DNA from: Chlamydiia bacterium
GTDB taxonomy: Bacteria > Chlamydiota > Chlamydiia > Chlamydiales > Rhabdochlamydiaceae
Reading direction: 5' to 3'
Assembly: GCA_963804085.1 (NCBI GenBank)
Contig: CAWDOQ010000016.1
Coordinates: 32,001 to 96,000, forward strand
Length of the DNA: 64,000 nucleotides
Each line of letters opens with the position of its first letter. The stretch's first letter is position 1. The translations under genes were made by a program, and so were the position numbers. The notes below the pieces were generated by a model that was not told the DNA's origin, ran no database searches, and worked only from the letters and a program-made list of their open reading frames with translations. This document shows positions 29,742 to 39,614 of the stretch, piece after piece.

Positions 29742-31460
29742 ATGGATAAACATGAGATCGCTCGTATCTTAAATGAGATCAGCCTTCTCCTTGCCTTTCA
29801 GGGGGAGAACCCTTTTAAAATTCGCGCTTACCAAAATGCCGCACGTACAATTGAGAGTCTGGATGAGGATTTAGAGACTCTGATTCAAAAAAAGGAGTTA
29901 CAAAATCTTCCTGGAATTGGCGCGCATATCGCAGAAAAGATCACCATCTTGGTCCAAAAGAGGCGCCTTCCCTACTACGAAGATTTAAAAAAATCTGTAC
30001 CAAGCGGTCTTTTGGAGCTTTTGAATATCCCCGGACTTGGTCCCAAAAAGTTAAAGATTTTATACGACAAGCTGAAAATTAAGAGCCTCGAAGATCTGGT
30101 TAAAAACTGCGAGCAGGGAAAGGTGGCTAAACTGCGCGGCTTTGGCGCCAAGACGCAGGCCTCTCTTTTAAACGGGGTCGCTAAGTTTAAAAGCTATGGC
30201 AAACGGCTGCTCTGGTGGAGTGCCGGCGCTATTGCTCAGCCGATCTTAGGTGCGCTTCTCAAGCAGAAGGAGGTGAAGCGTGCAGAAATTGCAGGGAGCT
30301 ATAGACGCAAGTTGGAAACTGTGGGCGACCTAGATTTTGTCGCGAGCAGCAATTCTGCTGCCCGTACAATCGACTGGTTTGTCAAACAGCCTGCTGTGGA
30401 AAAGGTGGTTGCGAAAGGTCCGAGCAAAGCCTCCGTACGATTTAAAGGCGGCCTGCAAGCAGATATCCGCGTGGTCCCAGATAGCGAGTATGCTTATGCG
30501 CTGCTCTATTTCACAGGATCTAAAGAGCACAACATCGAATTAAGAAAGAGGGCGCTTTCGCGTGGCTTTAGCTTGAGTGAATATGGCTTAGAGCCTCTAA
30601 AAAAGAAGACGCGCCCTGCGAAAAAAGAGCAGACGGAAGAGGCGATCTACCAAACGCTGGGCCTTAACTACATCCCTCCGGAACTCCGTGAAAATATGGG
30701 AGAGATCGCAGCCGCTGAAAAAGGAAAATTGCCTAAGCTTATCGAGGAGCGTGACATTCGAGGGGCCTTTCACTGCCACACAACAGATTCTGATGGGCAT
30801 AACACGTTAGAAGAGATGGTGAGAGCAGCTTGTGATCTCAAGTGGGAGTATTTGGGGATATCGGATCACTCCCGTTCAAGCATTCAGGCTCATGGGATGC
30901 ATGAGGAGGACCTATTTGATCAAGTGAAACGGATCCGCAAGCTAAACAGCTCCGGCAAGTTCTCCACACACGTTTTTGCAGGGCTTGAGTGTGACATTCT
31001 GCCGAATGGCAACCTCGATTTTGCAAGCGATGTATTAAAAGAGCTGGATTTTGTCATCGTCTCTGTTCACCAAAGCTTTAAACTAGATGAGAAAGCAATG
31101 ACAGCAAGGCTGATCCGTGCGATTGAAAATCCCTACACAACGATGGTAGGACATTTGACGGGACGTCTCTTGCTCAAAAGGGAGGGCTACTCGGTGAACA
31201 TTCCGAAAATTATCGACGCCTGCATTGCGAACAAGAAGATCATCGAGCTAAATGCGCATCCGATGCGGCTGGATATGGACTGGCGCTTTTGGCATAAGGC
31301 AAAGGAGAAGGGGCTTAAATGCAGCATCAATCCCGATGCGCATAGCACATCTGATCTCCTCTTTTTCCGCACAGGAATCAACATCGCGCGCAAGGGCTGG
31401 CTCGAGAAACAAGATGTTATCAATACCCTCCCATTAGCAAAAATTAAATCTCTGTTTTAA
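29742..31460 (+). CDS. polX: DNA polymerase X / PHP 3'-5' exonuclease
   Basis: GENPFKIRAY, GSYRR...GDLD, YFTGSKEHN, HCHTTDSDG and DAH motifs. Confidence 0.93.
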   Translation: MDKHEIARILNEISLLLAFQGENPFKIRAYQNAARTIESLDEDLETLIQKKELQNLPGIGAHIAEKITILVQKRRLPYYEDLKKSVPSGLLELLNIPGLGPKKLKILYDKLKIKSLEDLVKNCEQGKVAKLRGFGAKTQASLLNGVAKFKSYGKRLLWWSAGAIAQPILGALLKQKEVKRAEIAGSYRRKLETVGDLDFVASSNSAARTIDWFVKQPAVEKVVAKGPSKASVRFKGGLQADIRVVPDSEYAYALLYFTGSKEHNIELRKRALSRGFSLSEYGLEPLKKKTRPAKKEQTEEAIYQTLGLNYIPPELRENMGEIAAAEKGKLPKLIEERDIRGAFHCHTTDSDGHNTLEEMVRAACDLKWEYLGISDHSRSSIQAHGMHEEDLFDQVKRIRKLNSSGKFSTHVFAGLECDILPNGNLDFASDVLKELDFVIVSVHQSFKLDEKAMTARLIRAIENPYTTMVGHLTGRLLLKREGYSVNIPKIIDACIANKKIIELNAHPMRLDMDWRFWHKAKEKGLKCSINPDAHSTSDLLFFRTGINIARKGWLEKQDVINTLPLAKIKSLF

Positions 31461-31488
31461 TGCGATATATTGGATGAGTCTTCTTCGT

Positions 31489-31569
31489 ACGTGCCCGCTG
31501 TGCGCGCCCGCATGCCCGCGCCCGAATTAATCCGGATCGGGCGCGCATGCGGGCGCGGAACGGGCACGT
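31489..31569. repeat. REP-like palindrome, family copy 3
   Basis: GC-rich arms around cccgaattaatccggatcggg; lies between convergent genes. Confidence 0.8.
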
Positions 31570-31583
31570 GTTGGAGAAAAGCT

Positions 31584-31868
31584 TTAATGCTTGTGGCCGC
31601 CGCCTCCACCACCGCCTCCGCCATGTCCCTGCCCCCCATGATGGCCACCTTCGTGGTGGTCATCTCCGTGGCGGTCGCCTCGACCGCGATTGCCGTGGTT
31701 GCGATGCTCACGGTAGCGGCGGCTGTAATAGCAATTTCCATACGGATCGCAATCATCATAGTAGCTACCATAGTAGCCGCCATAGTAGCCGTAGCTTCCG
31801 CTATAGTCTCCGCCAGAGGCGCACGACGCTAAAACAAACAGCGTTGAAATGAGATAGAACGCCTTCAT
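31584..31868 (-). CDS. Small Gly/Tyr/His-rich lipoprotein
   Basis: LASC lipobox; SD ggag; low-complexity tail. Confidence 0.6.
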   Translation of the reverse strand: MKAFYLISTLFVLASCASGGDYSGSYGYYGGYYGSYYDDCDPYGNCYYSRRYREHRNHGNRGRGDRHGDDHHEGGHHGGQGHGGGGGGGGGHKH

Positions 31869-31946
31869 ACTTTTCTCTCCTTACTTTGCATTAAACTTAC
31901 CTCTTCCCTTAACATGAGGTGCGAGAAAAACAAAAGGTTTTAAAAG

Positions 31947-32878
31947 ATGCTCTCTCCCATTCGTGTCTGGCTTGCATTTTTTATAATGGGAGGAGTCATT
32001 GCTTCTCTTCTCTTTACCGACTGCCGGACCACTCATAAAAAACGGATGGTTGCTTTAAGAGAAGCCAAGTGGATGGGATTTGAAGAGAGCATGGGCAAGC
32101 GCGATTTCTCTTTTTTGTCCCGTTTTTTTGCTAGGCAGATGAAAAAGCGCGCCGACTGGATGGTAGTAAAAAGGCTATATCAGAAGAATGTGCTGCAAGC
32201 CTCCCTGTCCCCTCAAGTGCGCATCCCGAAAATCATCCACCAGATCTGGCTAGGCAGTCCGCTTCCACAAAAATACATCCAGTTGCAAAAGAGTTGGCAG
32301 GAGAAACACCCCGACTGGGAGTACCGTCTCTGGACGGATGAGAGCGTTAAAAATTTCAAAATGCAGAACCAGGCTCTTTTTGAAAGCGCCACAAACTGGG
32401 GCGAAAAGGCGGACATTTTGCGTTACGAGATTCTCTACCAGATCGGCGGGCTCTACGTAGATACAGACTTTGAATGCGTGCGTTCTTTTGACACGCTGCA
32501 CCATCTTTGCGATTTTTACGTGGGGCTTGAGACTCTTGAGCATAACATGCGTGAGCGCGCATGGGCAATGCCCTTATCGGTACTGTTCCAGGCCATCCGA
32601 TTTTAAAGCTCTGTTTGGAGAGTATGCAAGGAGACGGAGCAAGGGATAACTAGGATCTCATCCAGACACGAACAGGTCCTGGACATCTCGCCCGCTGCTT
32701 TTTTAAAGCATATAATGTGGGTAATTTTAAGAACATCGCTCTTCCCTTTACCTACTTCTATCCCCTTCCTGATACCCAGCGCGATGGCACCTTAGGCGGC
32801 GCCATCAAGACGCGCTGGATCCAAGATGAATCCTTTGCAATTCACTACTGGGACACCAGCTGGATTCCCAAGAAGTGA
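31947..32878 (+). pseudogene. GT32-like glycosyltransferase, disrupted (frameshift ~32560 plus in-frame TAG)
   Basis: IPKIIHQIWLG, DILRYEIL and GGLYVDTD; a second frame continues NALIG..PGHP, TGPG, FYP and HYWDTSW to TGA at 32878. Confidence 0.7.
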
Positions 32879-33010
32879 TCTTAGAAGTCTAGGCGTGCAC
32901 TTATCGAATAGGAGAAAGAGCTCTTAGCTGAATGATTATTGCACCACCATCATTGCGCGCGAGGCCTTCCGATCGGAAATATATTTTGTTCAATAGTTTT
33001 TTTCAGGAAT

Positions 33011-33406
33011 TTATGACTTTCGGCAACGAAGTGTATAAGCCTTCTTAATGACAAACCCGAATTTTTGAGAAAACGGCTCGACAGAGAAATCTTTTGGCGA
33101 TTCTTTAAATCCCCCATTTGTAAGAGGACAAACCTCTTGCAAGAATGCAACAACTGGATCAGTTTTATCAAGAATGACAACGCGAGAGAATTGTAAAAGC
33201 TCTGAAGCACTCAATGCAGCTTGAATTTTTGATACCACCATTTTATATGCTTCTTTTTCACTCGAACTCAACCAAGGAGCGGAAACAACTATATCCCACT
33301 TTTCTAAGGAATCTTCTCTTAAAAAAAGAGCAAAAAGCCAAATAGACCCATGTTCTTTTTCAAGAGCTTGGACAACCAATTTAAGTTTATCTAAAATTTC
33401 TTTCAT
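33011..33406 (-). CDS. Hypothetical protein, putative partner/antitoxin of the HEPN protein
   Basis: Overlaps the HEPN gene stop; AT-rich; WDIVVSAPW. Confidence 0.5.
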   Translation of the reverse strand: MKEILDKLKLVVQALEKEHGSIWLFALFLREDSLEKWDIVVSAPWLSSSEKEAYKMVVSKIQAALSASELLQFSRVVILDKTDPVVAFLQEVCPLTNGGFKESPKDFSVEPFSQKFGFVIKKAYTLRCRKS

Positions 33407-33798
33407 AATTTTTTCAGCAATGTATCAGCAGACTCTAACAATAGTTTTGTGGTTTGCTCAGCTTGTTTTTGCGATGAATAACGTATTTCTGGATCCCAAG
33501 AAGCAACAATAGACCATTCTGTAAATATCTCCTCCTTAATCCGATTCTCAACTCCTGAAAGGTGAAGCAACGTGTCTAAGTCGTGTATTTTAAGGAGAGG
33601 CTTCAACTTCTTAAACTCATTTTCTGTGCTTGGAAATCCCTTCCATCCTAACGTCTCGCACATTTTCCTTTTTAATCCAAGTTCAACTGCATATCCACAA
33701 ATATAAAAAGCGCCATCATAGCGTCCTGCCTTATAAAGAGCCTGAGCATCTTCGAGTCGATCTCTAGAAAGAGTTTGCAATTCTTCTAATGTAATCAC
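33403..33798 (-). CDS. HEPN domain protein
   Basis: RLEDAQAL...GAFYICGYAVELGLK...HDL...RY pattern; probable GTG start at 33798. Confidence 0.75.
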   Translation of the reverse strand: MITLEELQTLSRDRLEDAQALYKAGRYDGAFYICGYAVELGLKRKMCETLGWKGFPSTENEFKKLKPLLKIHDLDTLLHLSGVENRIKEEIFTEWSIVASWDPEIRYSSQKQAEQTTKLLLESADTLLKKL

Positions 33799-33890
33799 AG
33801 TGTTCGGTTTACAAATGCTCAGCTTATGGGTTACCGAAAACAGAAGATTATACAACGCTTTTGCAAATTTTGATAGCTTTTTCTATACTG

Positions 33891-34994
33891 TCAAAAGTCT
33901 AAGCGTGTACCAAACGTCCAGCCTTGCAACGCGAGGTCTTTGTTATCAAAACGCGTGTTGATCGCTGGAAAGCCTGAAGTGTTTAGGTAGAACTGGTTCT
34001 GGCCGAAAAAGAGGTGGTGCTCCCAGCCTGCTTGCAACCTAAGATGGAGCCGCTCAACAAAGCTGTGATCCCATCTGAGACCGATTGCCAGGTCGGTGAT
34101 CGCACGCGTCGTATTGAATGGATCTTTTGTGCGCAGGGCAAGAGGATTCGCACCGGTAGAAGTAAATGCGATCTCCTCTTTCACATCGAAATGTCCATAG
34201 AGCAGCGAAAGAGCGAGGTTTCCATAAATCGATATCTCTTTAAAGACGCCCCATTGCGTGTCTAAGCCGCCTCTGACGCCTAAGCCCCAAAACTCATTCT
34301 TCATTTGGATCGCATAAGCGAGCGTATTGGGTGGATCTATCGCTGCATAGGCTATCTGATACTTTTGGTTTATCCACGCGGACCTAAGTCCCAAGTGGGG
34401 CCTTAATGTCAGCCATTTGCTGACAAAAAACTGGCGGCCGATCTCAAAGTCGAGAAGATTTAAATGAAGGCGCCACCGTGCTGCGGAAGCGAGAATGACC
34501 GCAGTTGTGTCAAAGTTTGAAAGAACAGTCCCATCGACCCAGACAGGATAGAGGAGCGTCCCACTTGCTCCTGTTGGGACAAAGTTTTGTACATCGGTTC
34601 TCTTTGCAGTAGTACAAACGTGGGTCCAATTGAGGAGAAGATCCCACTTATCGTGCGGTAGATTGTAGCCGACCCCGACCCTATAACCCCAATCCCACTT
34701 AAATTTAAGCTCCTGATACTTCCCTTCAATAGCAGTAGCCCCATTGTTTACTACCCTCTCTCCCCTCATCACAGGAGCCAGTCCATTTTCAGTGGCTCTC
34801 CAATAGAGCGCATCCCCCTGCACAAAGAGGTTGCTTCCTTTTCTAGGTTGAGGAGAGCCGCTAGGAAGAACCGTCCCATTAGACTCATTCAGAGGGTTAG
34901 ATTTTGGAGGAGGAGGCTGTGCCTGTCCTCTTCTAGAGTTTACTGCATTTAAAGAAGATAGCGCAAAAAGAGAGAGGAGAAGATAGCTTCGCAT
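33891..34994 (-). CDS. Lpg1974/MOMP-like outer membrane beta-barrel porin
   Basis: Signal peptide; ALYW, WDWGYRVGVGY, GWEH motifs; C-terminal LDF. Confidence 0.8.
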   Translation of the reverse strand: MRSYLLLSLFALSSLNAVNSRRGQAQPPPPKSNPLNESNGTVLPSGSPQPRKGSNLFVQGDALYWRATENGLAPVMRGERVVNNGATAIEGKYQELKFKWDWGYRVGVGYNLPHDKWDLLLNWTHVCTTAKRTDVQNFVPTGASGTLLYPVWVDGTVLSNFDTTAVILASAARWRLHLNLLDFEIGRQFFVSKWLTLRPHLGLRSAWINQKYQIAYAAIDPPNTLAYAIQMKNEFWGLGVRGGLDTQWGVFKEISIYGNLALSLLYGHFDVKEEIAFTSTGANPLALRTKDPFNTTRAITDLAIGLRWDHSFVERLHLRLQAGWEHHLFFGQNQFYLNTSGFPAINTRFDNKDLALQGWTFGTRLDF

Positions 34995-35126
34995 AGTTAT
35001 CCTTGGTTTTTAGACGATTGTACGAATTAATTTATTTTTATACCATGTCCACAAATTTGTCCTTGAGGTTATCTAGGAGGAAAAATACAATTTCGCTCAA
35101 GTACGCTATGTAACTTTGAGGACACG

Positions 35127-35441
35127 ATGAGACAACAAAAATGGCTAAAATTAAGCCTTATTGCTTTTTGCGCACTAGCTTCTGCAAATGTTTTTGCCGG
35201 ACATGGCGCATGGAAAGGCGGCGGATCAGGAACTCCTGCAAAAAGAGCGCCCTCCCAAGCTGAAGTGACCAAGATGAACGAGAACGATTTTATCTCTTCT
35301 CTCAGTCCTTATCACCGCAAAAAATTCATGAACTTCTCTCAAGCGCAAAAAAGAGCTGCTATGCTCTACATGGAGAAGAATAACATGTCCCCTGACAACG
35401 CCATTGAGCAAGCACTGCGCGACCATATCTACAAACGCTAA
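35127..35441 (+). CDS. Small secreted protein (paralog of 26552..26902)
   Basis: Signal peptide; shared C-terminal motif. Confidence 0.65.
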   Translation: MRQQKWLKLSLIAFCALASANVFAGHGAWKGGGSGTPAKRAPSQAEVTKMNENDFISSLSPYHRKKFMNFSQAQKRAAMLYMEKNNMSPDNAIEQALRDHIYKR

Positions 35442-35465
35442 GAAATAGCGTACAACCTCCTCTTA

Positions 35466-35546
35466 TTCGCGCCCGCTTCCGCGCCCGCGTGCGTGCCCGA
35501 TCCGGACTAATTCGGGCACGCACGCGGGCGCGGAAGCGGGCTCGAA
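35466..35546. repeat. REP-like palindrome, family copy 4
   Basis: Arms around cccgatccggactaattcggg; lies between convergent genes. Confidence 0.8.
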
Positions 35547-35561
35547 CTTTTAAAGAATGTC

Positions 35562-36161
35562 TCAAATGATCTTAGCTCCCTTAGCCATCATCTCAGAGAG
35601 GGCCCGCTCGACATCGCCCGGATAGAGATTAATCCCCCGACAAGCATCTTTAATCACGGTGACGCCAAGGCCTAAATCTAGAGCATCGATTACAGAGTAG
35701 AGCACACAGTAGTCGGTCGCAACTCCTGCGATATGGATCTCTCTTACCGAACGCGATGCAAGATAATCAAAAAGCCCTGTCGATTTTCTTCTGGCATTGT
35801 CAAAAAAGGCACTATAACTATCAATCCACTTATCGGTGCCTTTATAAAAAACCGCTTCTATCTTCTCTTTGTTTAGCTTTGCAACCAGCTCAGCACCCTG
35901 TGTGTTTCGCACGCAGTGCACGGGCCATAAGATCTGCGAAATGCCTTGGCCTTCGACGATATCTCCTGCTTTTTTTCCCGGATGATTTTGCGCAAAGCTG
36001 ACATGATCTTGCGGGTGCCAGTCTTGTGTGGCAAGGACATGCGCAAATTGGGGCATAAGCGAGTTGAGGATGGGCACAATGCGATCTGCTTCAGGCACAC
36101 CGAGCGAACCGCCCGGCATAAAGTCATTTTGCATGTCTACGACTAGAAGTGTGCCTTTCAT
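35562..36161 (-). CDS. pncA: Nicotinamidase/pyrazinamidase
   Basis: VDMQNDF, QDWHP, WPVHC, YSAF and ATDYCV motifs. Confidence 0.92.
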   Translation of the reverse strand: MKGTLLVVDMQNDFMPGGSLGVPEADRIVPILNSLMPQFAHVLATQDWHPQDHVSFAQNHPGKKAGDIVEGQGISQILWPVHCVRNTQGAELVAKLNKEKIEAVFYKGTDKWIDSYSAFFDNARRKSTGLFDYLASRSVREIHIAGVATDYCVLYSVIDALDLGLGVTVIKDACRGINLYPGDVERALSEMMAKGAKII

Positions 36162-37624
36162 GCATTCATTTTAATATCTTCGATCATTTTTAGCTTGGTC
36201 TCATGCAGGCTCTTTTCCAAACCGGTGAAGTAGGGCTGTGGATTGAGAAAACGGCGCATGCTTGCAGGGAGTTTCTCTAGTTCGTGTATAGATCTTGCGC
36301 GCATCTCGCTGAGCTTGGGATGCGTGTAGATCCGCTTTCCTCTTTTAAAAATTGGCACGAGTAGGTCAACCGATGCGACTTGGGGAGAGATGCGCCTTTT
36401 TGCACTCGCATCAAATGGATCGACAATCACAATCTCCTTTCCAAGGGGTGTATGGATATCATAAAGCATGTCTGCGATATATCCATTTTCGTCAGAAAAA
36501 CGACGCACCTGCAAAACGCCGGGATCTGTAACTTTGGCGATCTGCTCGGAGATTTTGATCTTCTGCTGCCATTTGCCTTGCGCATCTTGAATAGCCGTTA
36601 GTTTATAGACGCCATCGAGAGCCGGCTGATCTTTTCCTGTCACTAAATTGGTGCCGACTCCCCAAATGGTGATCTTGGCGCCTTGGCGTTTAAGATCAGT
36701 CACAATGTGTTCGTCGAGCTCGTTGCTGGCCATAATTTTGACATCAGAAAAACCCGCCGCATCCAGCAGCTTGCGGATCTCGATGCTCAAATGCGCAAGA
36801 TCGCCTGAGTCTAAACGAACTCCGAAAAGTCTCTTTCCTCGTCTTTGGAGCTCCTTTGCGACCTGTATCGCATGCCGGGTGCCCTTGACGCTGTCGTAAG
36901 TGTCGACTAGTAAGATACAATTGTCCGGCATGATCTCTACAAAAGCACGAAAGGACTCCTCCTCCTCGTTAAAAGCCATTATCCAGCTATGCGCTTGGGT
37001 CCCCTTTACGGGAATACCGAATAATTTTCCCGCGAGCACGTTGGATGTGCTGTGGCAGCCGCCTATGTGTGCCGCACGACTAGCCGATATCGCACCGTCG
37101 ATCCCTTGCGCCCGCCTTAAACCAAACTCCACGACCTCATCCGGTTTTGCAGCATAGCATATGCGCGCAGCTTTCGTGGCGATGAGCGACTGAAAATTGA
37201 TGATGTTCAAAAGGATGCTCTCGAGCAGCTGCGCATCGAGAATCGGGCCTTGCACGCGCAAGAGAGGCTCGTAAGGAAAGACAGGAGTGCCCTCCGGCAT
37301 CGCATGGAGATCACAGCGGAAGCGAAAGTTTTTGAGATAATCTAAAAACTTCTTATCAAAAAGAGGCTTATCTCCCGATTGTAAAGAAGCAAGATAGGCT
37401 AAATCATCCTCTTCGAAACGAAAGTTTTCGATGTAGCTACATGCTTGCTCAAGACCTGCAGCTATGGCAAAACTTCCTCCAAAAGGCTTTTTGCGAAATG
37501 AGAGGTGAAAAACCGCCTCTCTATCCGCCATCCCTTTCATCCAGTAGCCATAGGCCATAGTGAGTTCGTAAAGGTCTATCAAAAGCGCAAGAGAGTTGGT
37601 GCGGTACAAGGGTTGCATAGACAC
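36158..37624 (-). CDS. pncB: Nicotinate phosphoribosyltransferase
   Basis: DLYELTM, EFGLRRAQG, GTQAHSW, LVDTYD and RLDSGD motifs. Confidence 0.93.
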   Translation of the reverse strand: MSMQPLYRTNSLALLIDLYELTMAYGYWMKGMADREAVFHLSFRKKPFGGSFAIAAGLEQACSYIENFRFEEDDLAYLASLQSGDKPLFDKKFLDYLKNFRFRCDLHAMPEGTPVFPYEPLLRVQGPILDAQLLESILLNIINFQSLIATKAARICYAAKPDEVVEFGLRRAQGIDGAISASRAAHIGGCHSTSNVLAGKLFGIPVKGTQAHSWIMAFNEEEESFRAFVEIMPDNCILLVDTYDSVKGTRHAIQVAKELQRRGKRLFGVRLDSGDLAHLSIEIRKLLDAAGFSDVKIMASNELDEHIVTDLKRQGAKITIWGVGTNLVTGKDQPALDGVYKLTAIQDAQGKWQQKIKISEQIAKVTDPGVLQVRRFSDENGYIADMLYDIHTPLGKEIVIVDPFDASAKRRISPQVASVDLLVPIFKRGKRIYTHPKLSEMRARSIHELEKLPASMRRFLNPQPYFTGLEKSLHETKLKMIEDIKMNA

Positions 37625-37677
37625 AAAAGTGAAATTAAATTACGCTTCACAATACAAATAGTCTTGAGTTTTGAGCA

Positions 37678-38571
37678 ATGAATCATTGTAAACACACACA
37701 AGAGCATGCGCAGAGTAGAGCCGTGCAAACCGCTCTATGGATCGCCTTTGTTTTCATGCTGATCGAAGTAGTCGGCGGCTGGATCGCAAACAGCTTGGCC
37801 CTGATCAGCGATGCGCTTCACATGTTTACCGACGTAGGGGCTTTCCTCTTAACCTTAATTGCATTGCGCATCGCAAGAAGGCCGCGCACATCTTCTATGA
37901 GCTTTGGCTACCACCGCGCCGAAATTCTAGGCGCACTCGCAAGCGCCATCTCCTTGTGGGCTCTTTCGGGAGTGCTGATCTATGAAGCGATAAGGCGCCT
38001 CATCCATCCACCCGAAGTAGAAGGCTCCATTGTCTTTTTCATTGCCCTTGTCGGCCTCATCGCGAATCTCTTTATGATGCGCGCTCTACACCCCTGCCAC
38101 ACACACAACTTGAGCGTAAAGGCAGCCTACTTACATGTGATCGGCGATATTTTGGGAAGCGCAGGAGTCATCTTGAGCGGTGCCATCTTATGGTTCACCC
38201 ATTGGACACCCATCGATCCAATCATCACGATACTCTTTACGACGCAGATTCTTTACAGCTCAGGCAAACTCATAAAACAGACTGTCCGGATTCTGATGGA
38301 AGCGGCGCCTGTGGGAATCGATGTCGATGCGCTCCAAAGAGATTTAGCCGCCCTGCCAAACGTAAAAGAGGTACATGACCTGCACATCTGGTCGGTCTCA
38401 AGCACCCGAGCTGCTCTTTCCGTGCATATCATTTCTGATACCCCTCATAAAACTTTGAATGATGCCCATCGCCTCATCGAAAATAAGCATAAGATCCATC
38501 ATATGACCATTCAGGTCGAAGATCCCGCCCACTTCGAACCAAAATTTTGTTATGACCGTAACCAGTTGTAA
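37678..38571 (+). CDS. Cation diffusion facilitator (Zn/Co/Cd efflux, CzcD/ZitB-like)
   Basis: SLALISDALHM, HVIGD, HDLHIW and HMTIQVE motifs. Confidence 0.9.
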   Translation: MNHCKHTQEHAQSRAVQTALWIAFVFMLIEVVGGWIANSLALISDALHMFTDVGAFLLTLIALRIARRPRTSSMSFGYHRAEILGALASAISLWALSGVLIYEAIRRLIHPPEVEGSIVFFIALVGLIANLFMMRALHPCHTHNLSVKAAYLHVIGDILGSAGVILSGAILWFTHWTPIDPIITILFTTQILYSSGKLIKQTVRILMEAAPVGIDVDALQRDLAALPNVKEVHDLHIWSVSSTRAALSVHIISDTPHKTLNDAHRLIENKHKIHHMTIQVEDPAHFEPKFCYDRNQL

Positions 38572-38603
38572 AATAATAACTAATATTTGAGACTTAAACC
38601 TCA

Positions 38604-39395
38604 ATGGCGTATTCTAGTGCTATGCGCGCCTTTCTTTTTGCACTCCTCGCGCTATGCATTTGTAGTAGCTTCACCTTAAAGAGCAAGCTTCTCAAAGCCG
38701 AGCTAGGAGATTACATTGTAACCGAACAGGACAAGATTGTTTCTGTCCTGCTCGTCCGCTCACTTACTGCGAGCAAACTCGTGCTCGAAGAGATCAGCGC
38801 ACCTTTGAGTGAGATCAAAGCCCCCGCCTCATGGGCCAAATGGGTACAGGAGCGTGCTCCCGGCCACACTTCATGGACACTTTACGAGATCGACTTAAAA
38901 ACCAATCAGCTCTCTTCCTGCTACTCTGTGTCGCAAAAAATTTGGATACGCATAGAGGAGTCCGAACTCTTCTTTCCTAAACTGCTCTCTCTTCCTTTAG
39001 CGCCTGTTGCACAAGAGCGCAGGAAGCGGATTGGCCCTGCACCGCAAGGAGATGAGGCGGACCATCGCGCCCTCTGGATCCCCGCGGTCACAAGCGAAGG
39101 GAAAAAAGTGGATAAGCCGATTTGTGAAGTGTATCAGGCAAGATGGCCCGAAGATGACTCTCTTCTCTCTTTATGCGCGATAGAACTCTACTTTACTCCT
39201 TCCCTTTCTTTTCCCTACTGGATCGAGTTATCCAATGGCCACTACACAGTTAAGATCCGTACTATCGATTCCGGGAAGGGACTAGTATCGCCGTTTCAGC
39301 CCCAATTGAACGTGCCCCTGCCCGTGCCCTTGCCTTGCCCGATCCGGATTAATTCGGGCACAGGCAGAGGCAGAGGCACGTTTTTAAAACGATAA
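38604..39395 (+). CDS. Secreted hypothetical protein upstream of lepB; C-terminus encoded by a REP copy
   Basis: Signal peptide; GDYIV motif; last ~28 codons read through the palindrome. Confidence 0.65.
   Translation: MAYSSAMRAFLFALLALCICSSFTLKSKLLKAELGDYIVTEQDKIVSVLLVRSLTASKLVLEEISAPLSEIKAPASWAKWVQERAPGHTSWTLYEIDLKTNQLSSCYSVSQKIWIRIEESELFFPKLLSLPLAPVAQERRKRIGPAPQGDEADHRALWIPAVTSEGKKVDKPICEVYQARWPEDDSLLSLCAIELYFTPSLSFPYWIELSNGHYTVKIRTIDSGKGLVSPFQPQLNVPLPVPLPCPIRINSGTGRGRGTFLKR
39309..39382. repeat. REP-like palindrome, family copy 5 (intragenic)
   Basis: Arms around cccgatccggattaattcggg. Confidence 0.8.
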
Positions 39396-39614
39396 ACCCT
39401 TGGTTATGAACAAGCTTTCAACTTCAAGTCCATCTTCTCCTCTATGCCATAGAGAAAACCTCTCTTTGCACGCGAACCGATTAAACTTATCCCGCTTAAA
39501 ACCAAAAACTTACAACCACTCTTTAAATGGAATTCACAAATCGCTTTTTTATTTCTTAACATTTGCCTCTCTCTCCTCTGAAGGAGGCATCTTATCAACA
39601 AGCTTTCCACAATC

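Noticed and set aside
31457..31852. Alternative ORFs (108, 120, 101 aa)
   Set aside because: Shadow frames of the low-complexity lipoprotein gene and the REP copy
32665..32680. Placeholder region near the GT32 in-frame TAG (32650-32652) as pyrrolysine or alternative genetic code
   Set aside because: TAG terminates other genes here normally, and the same gene also has a frameshift
35359..35565. Arg-Ala repeat 68-aa ORF
   Set aside because: Simply the translation of REP copy 4
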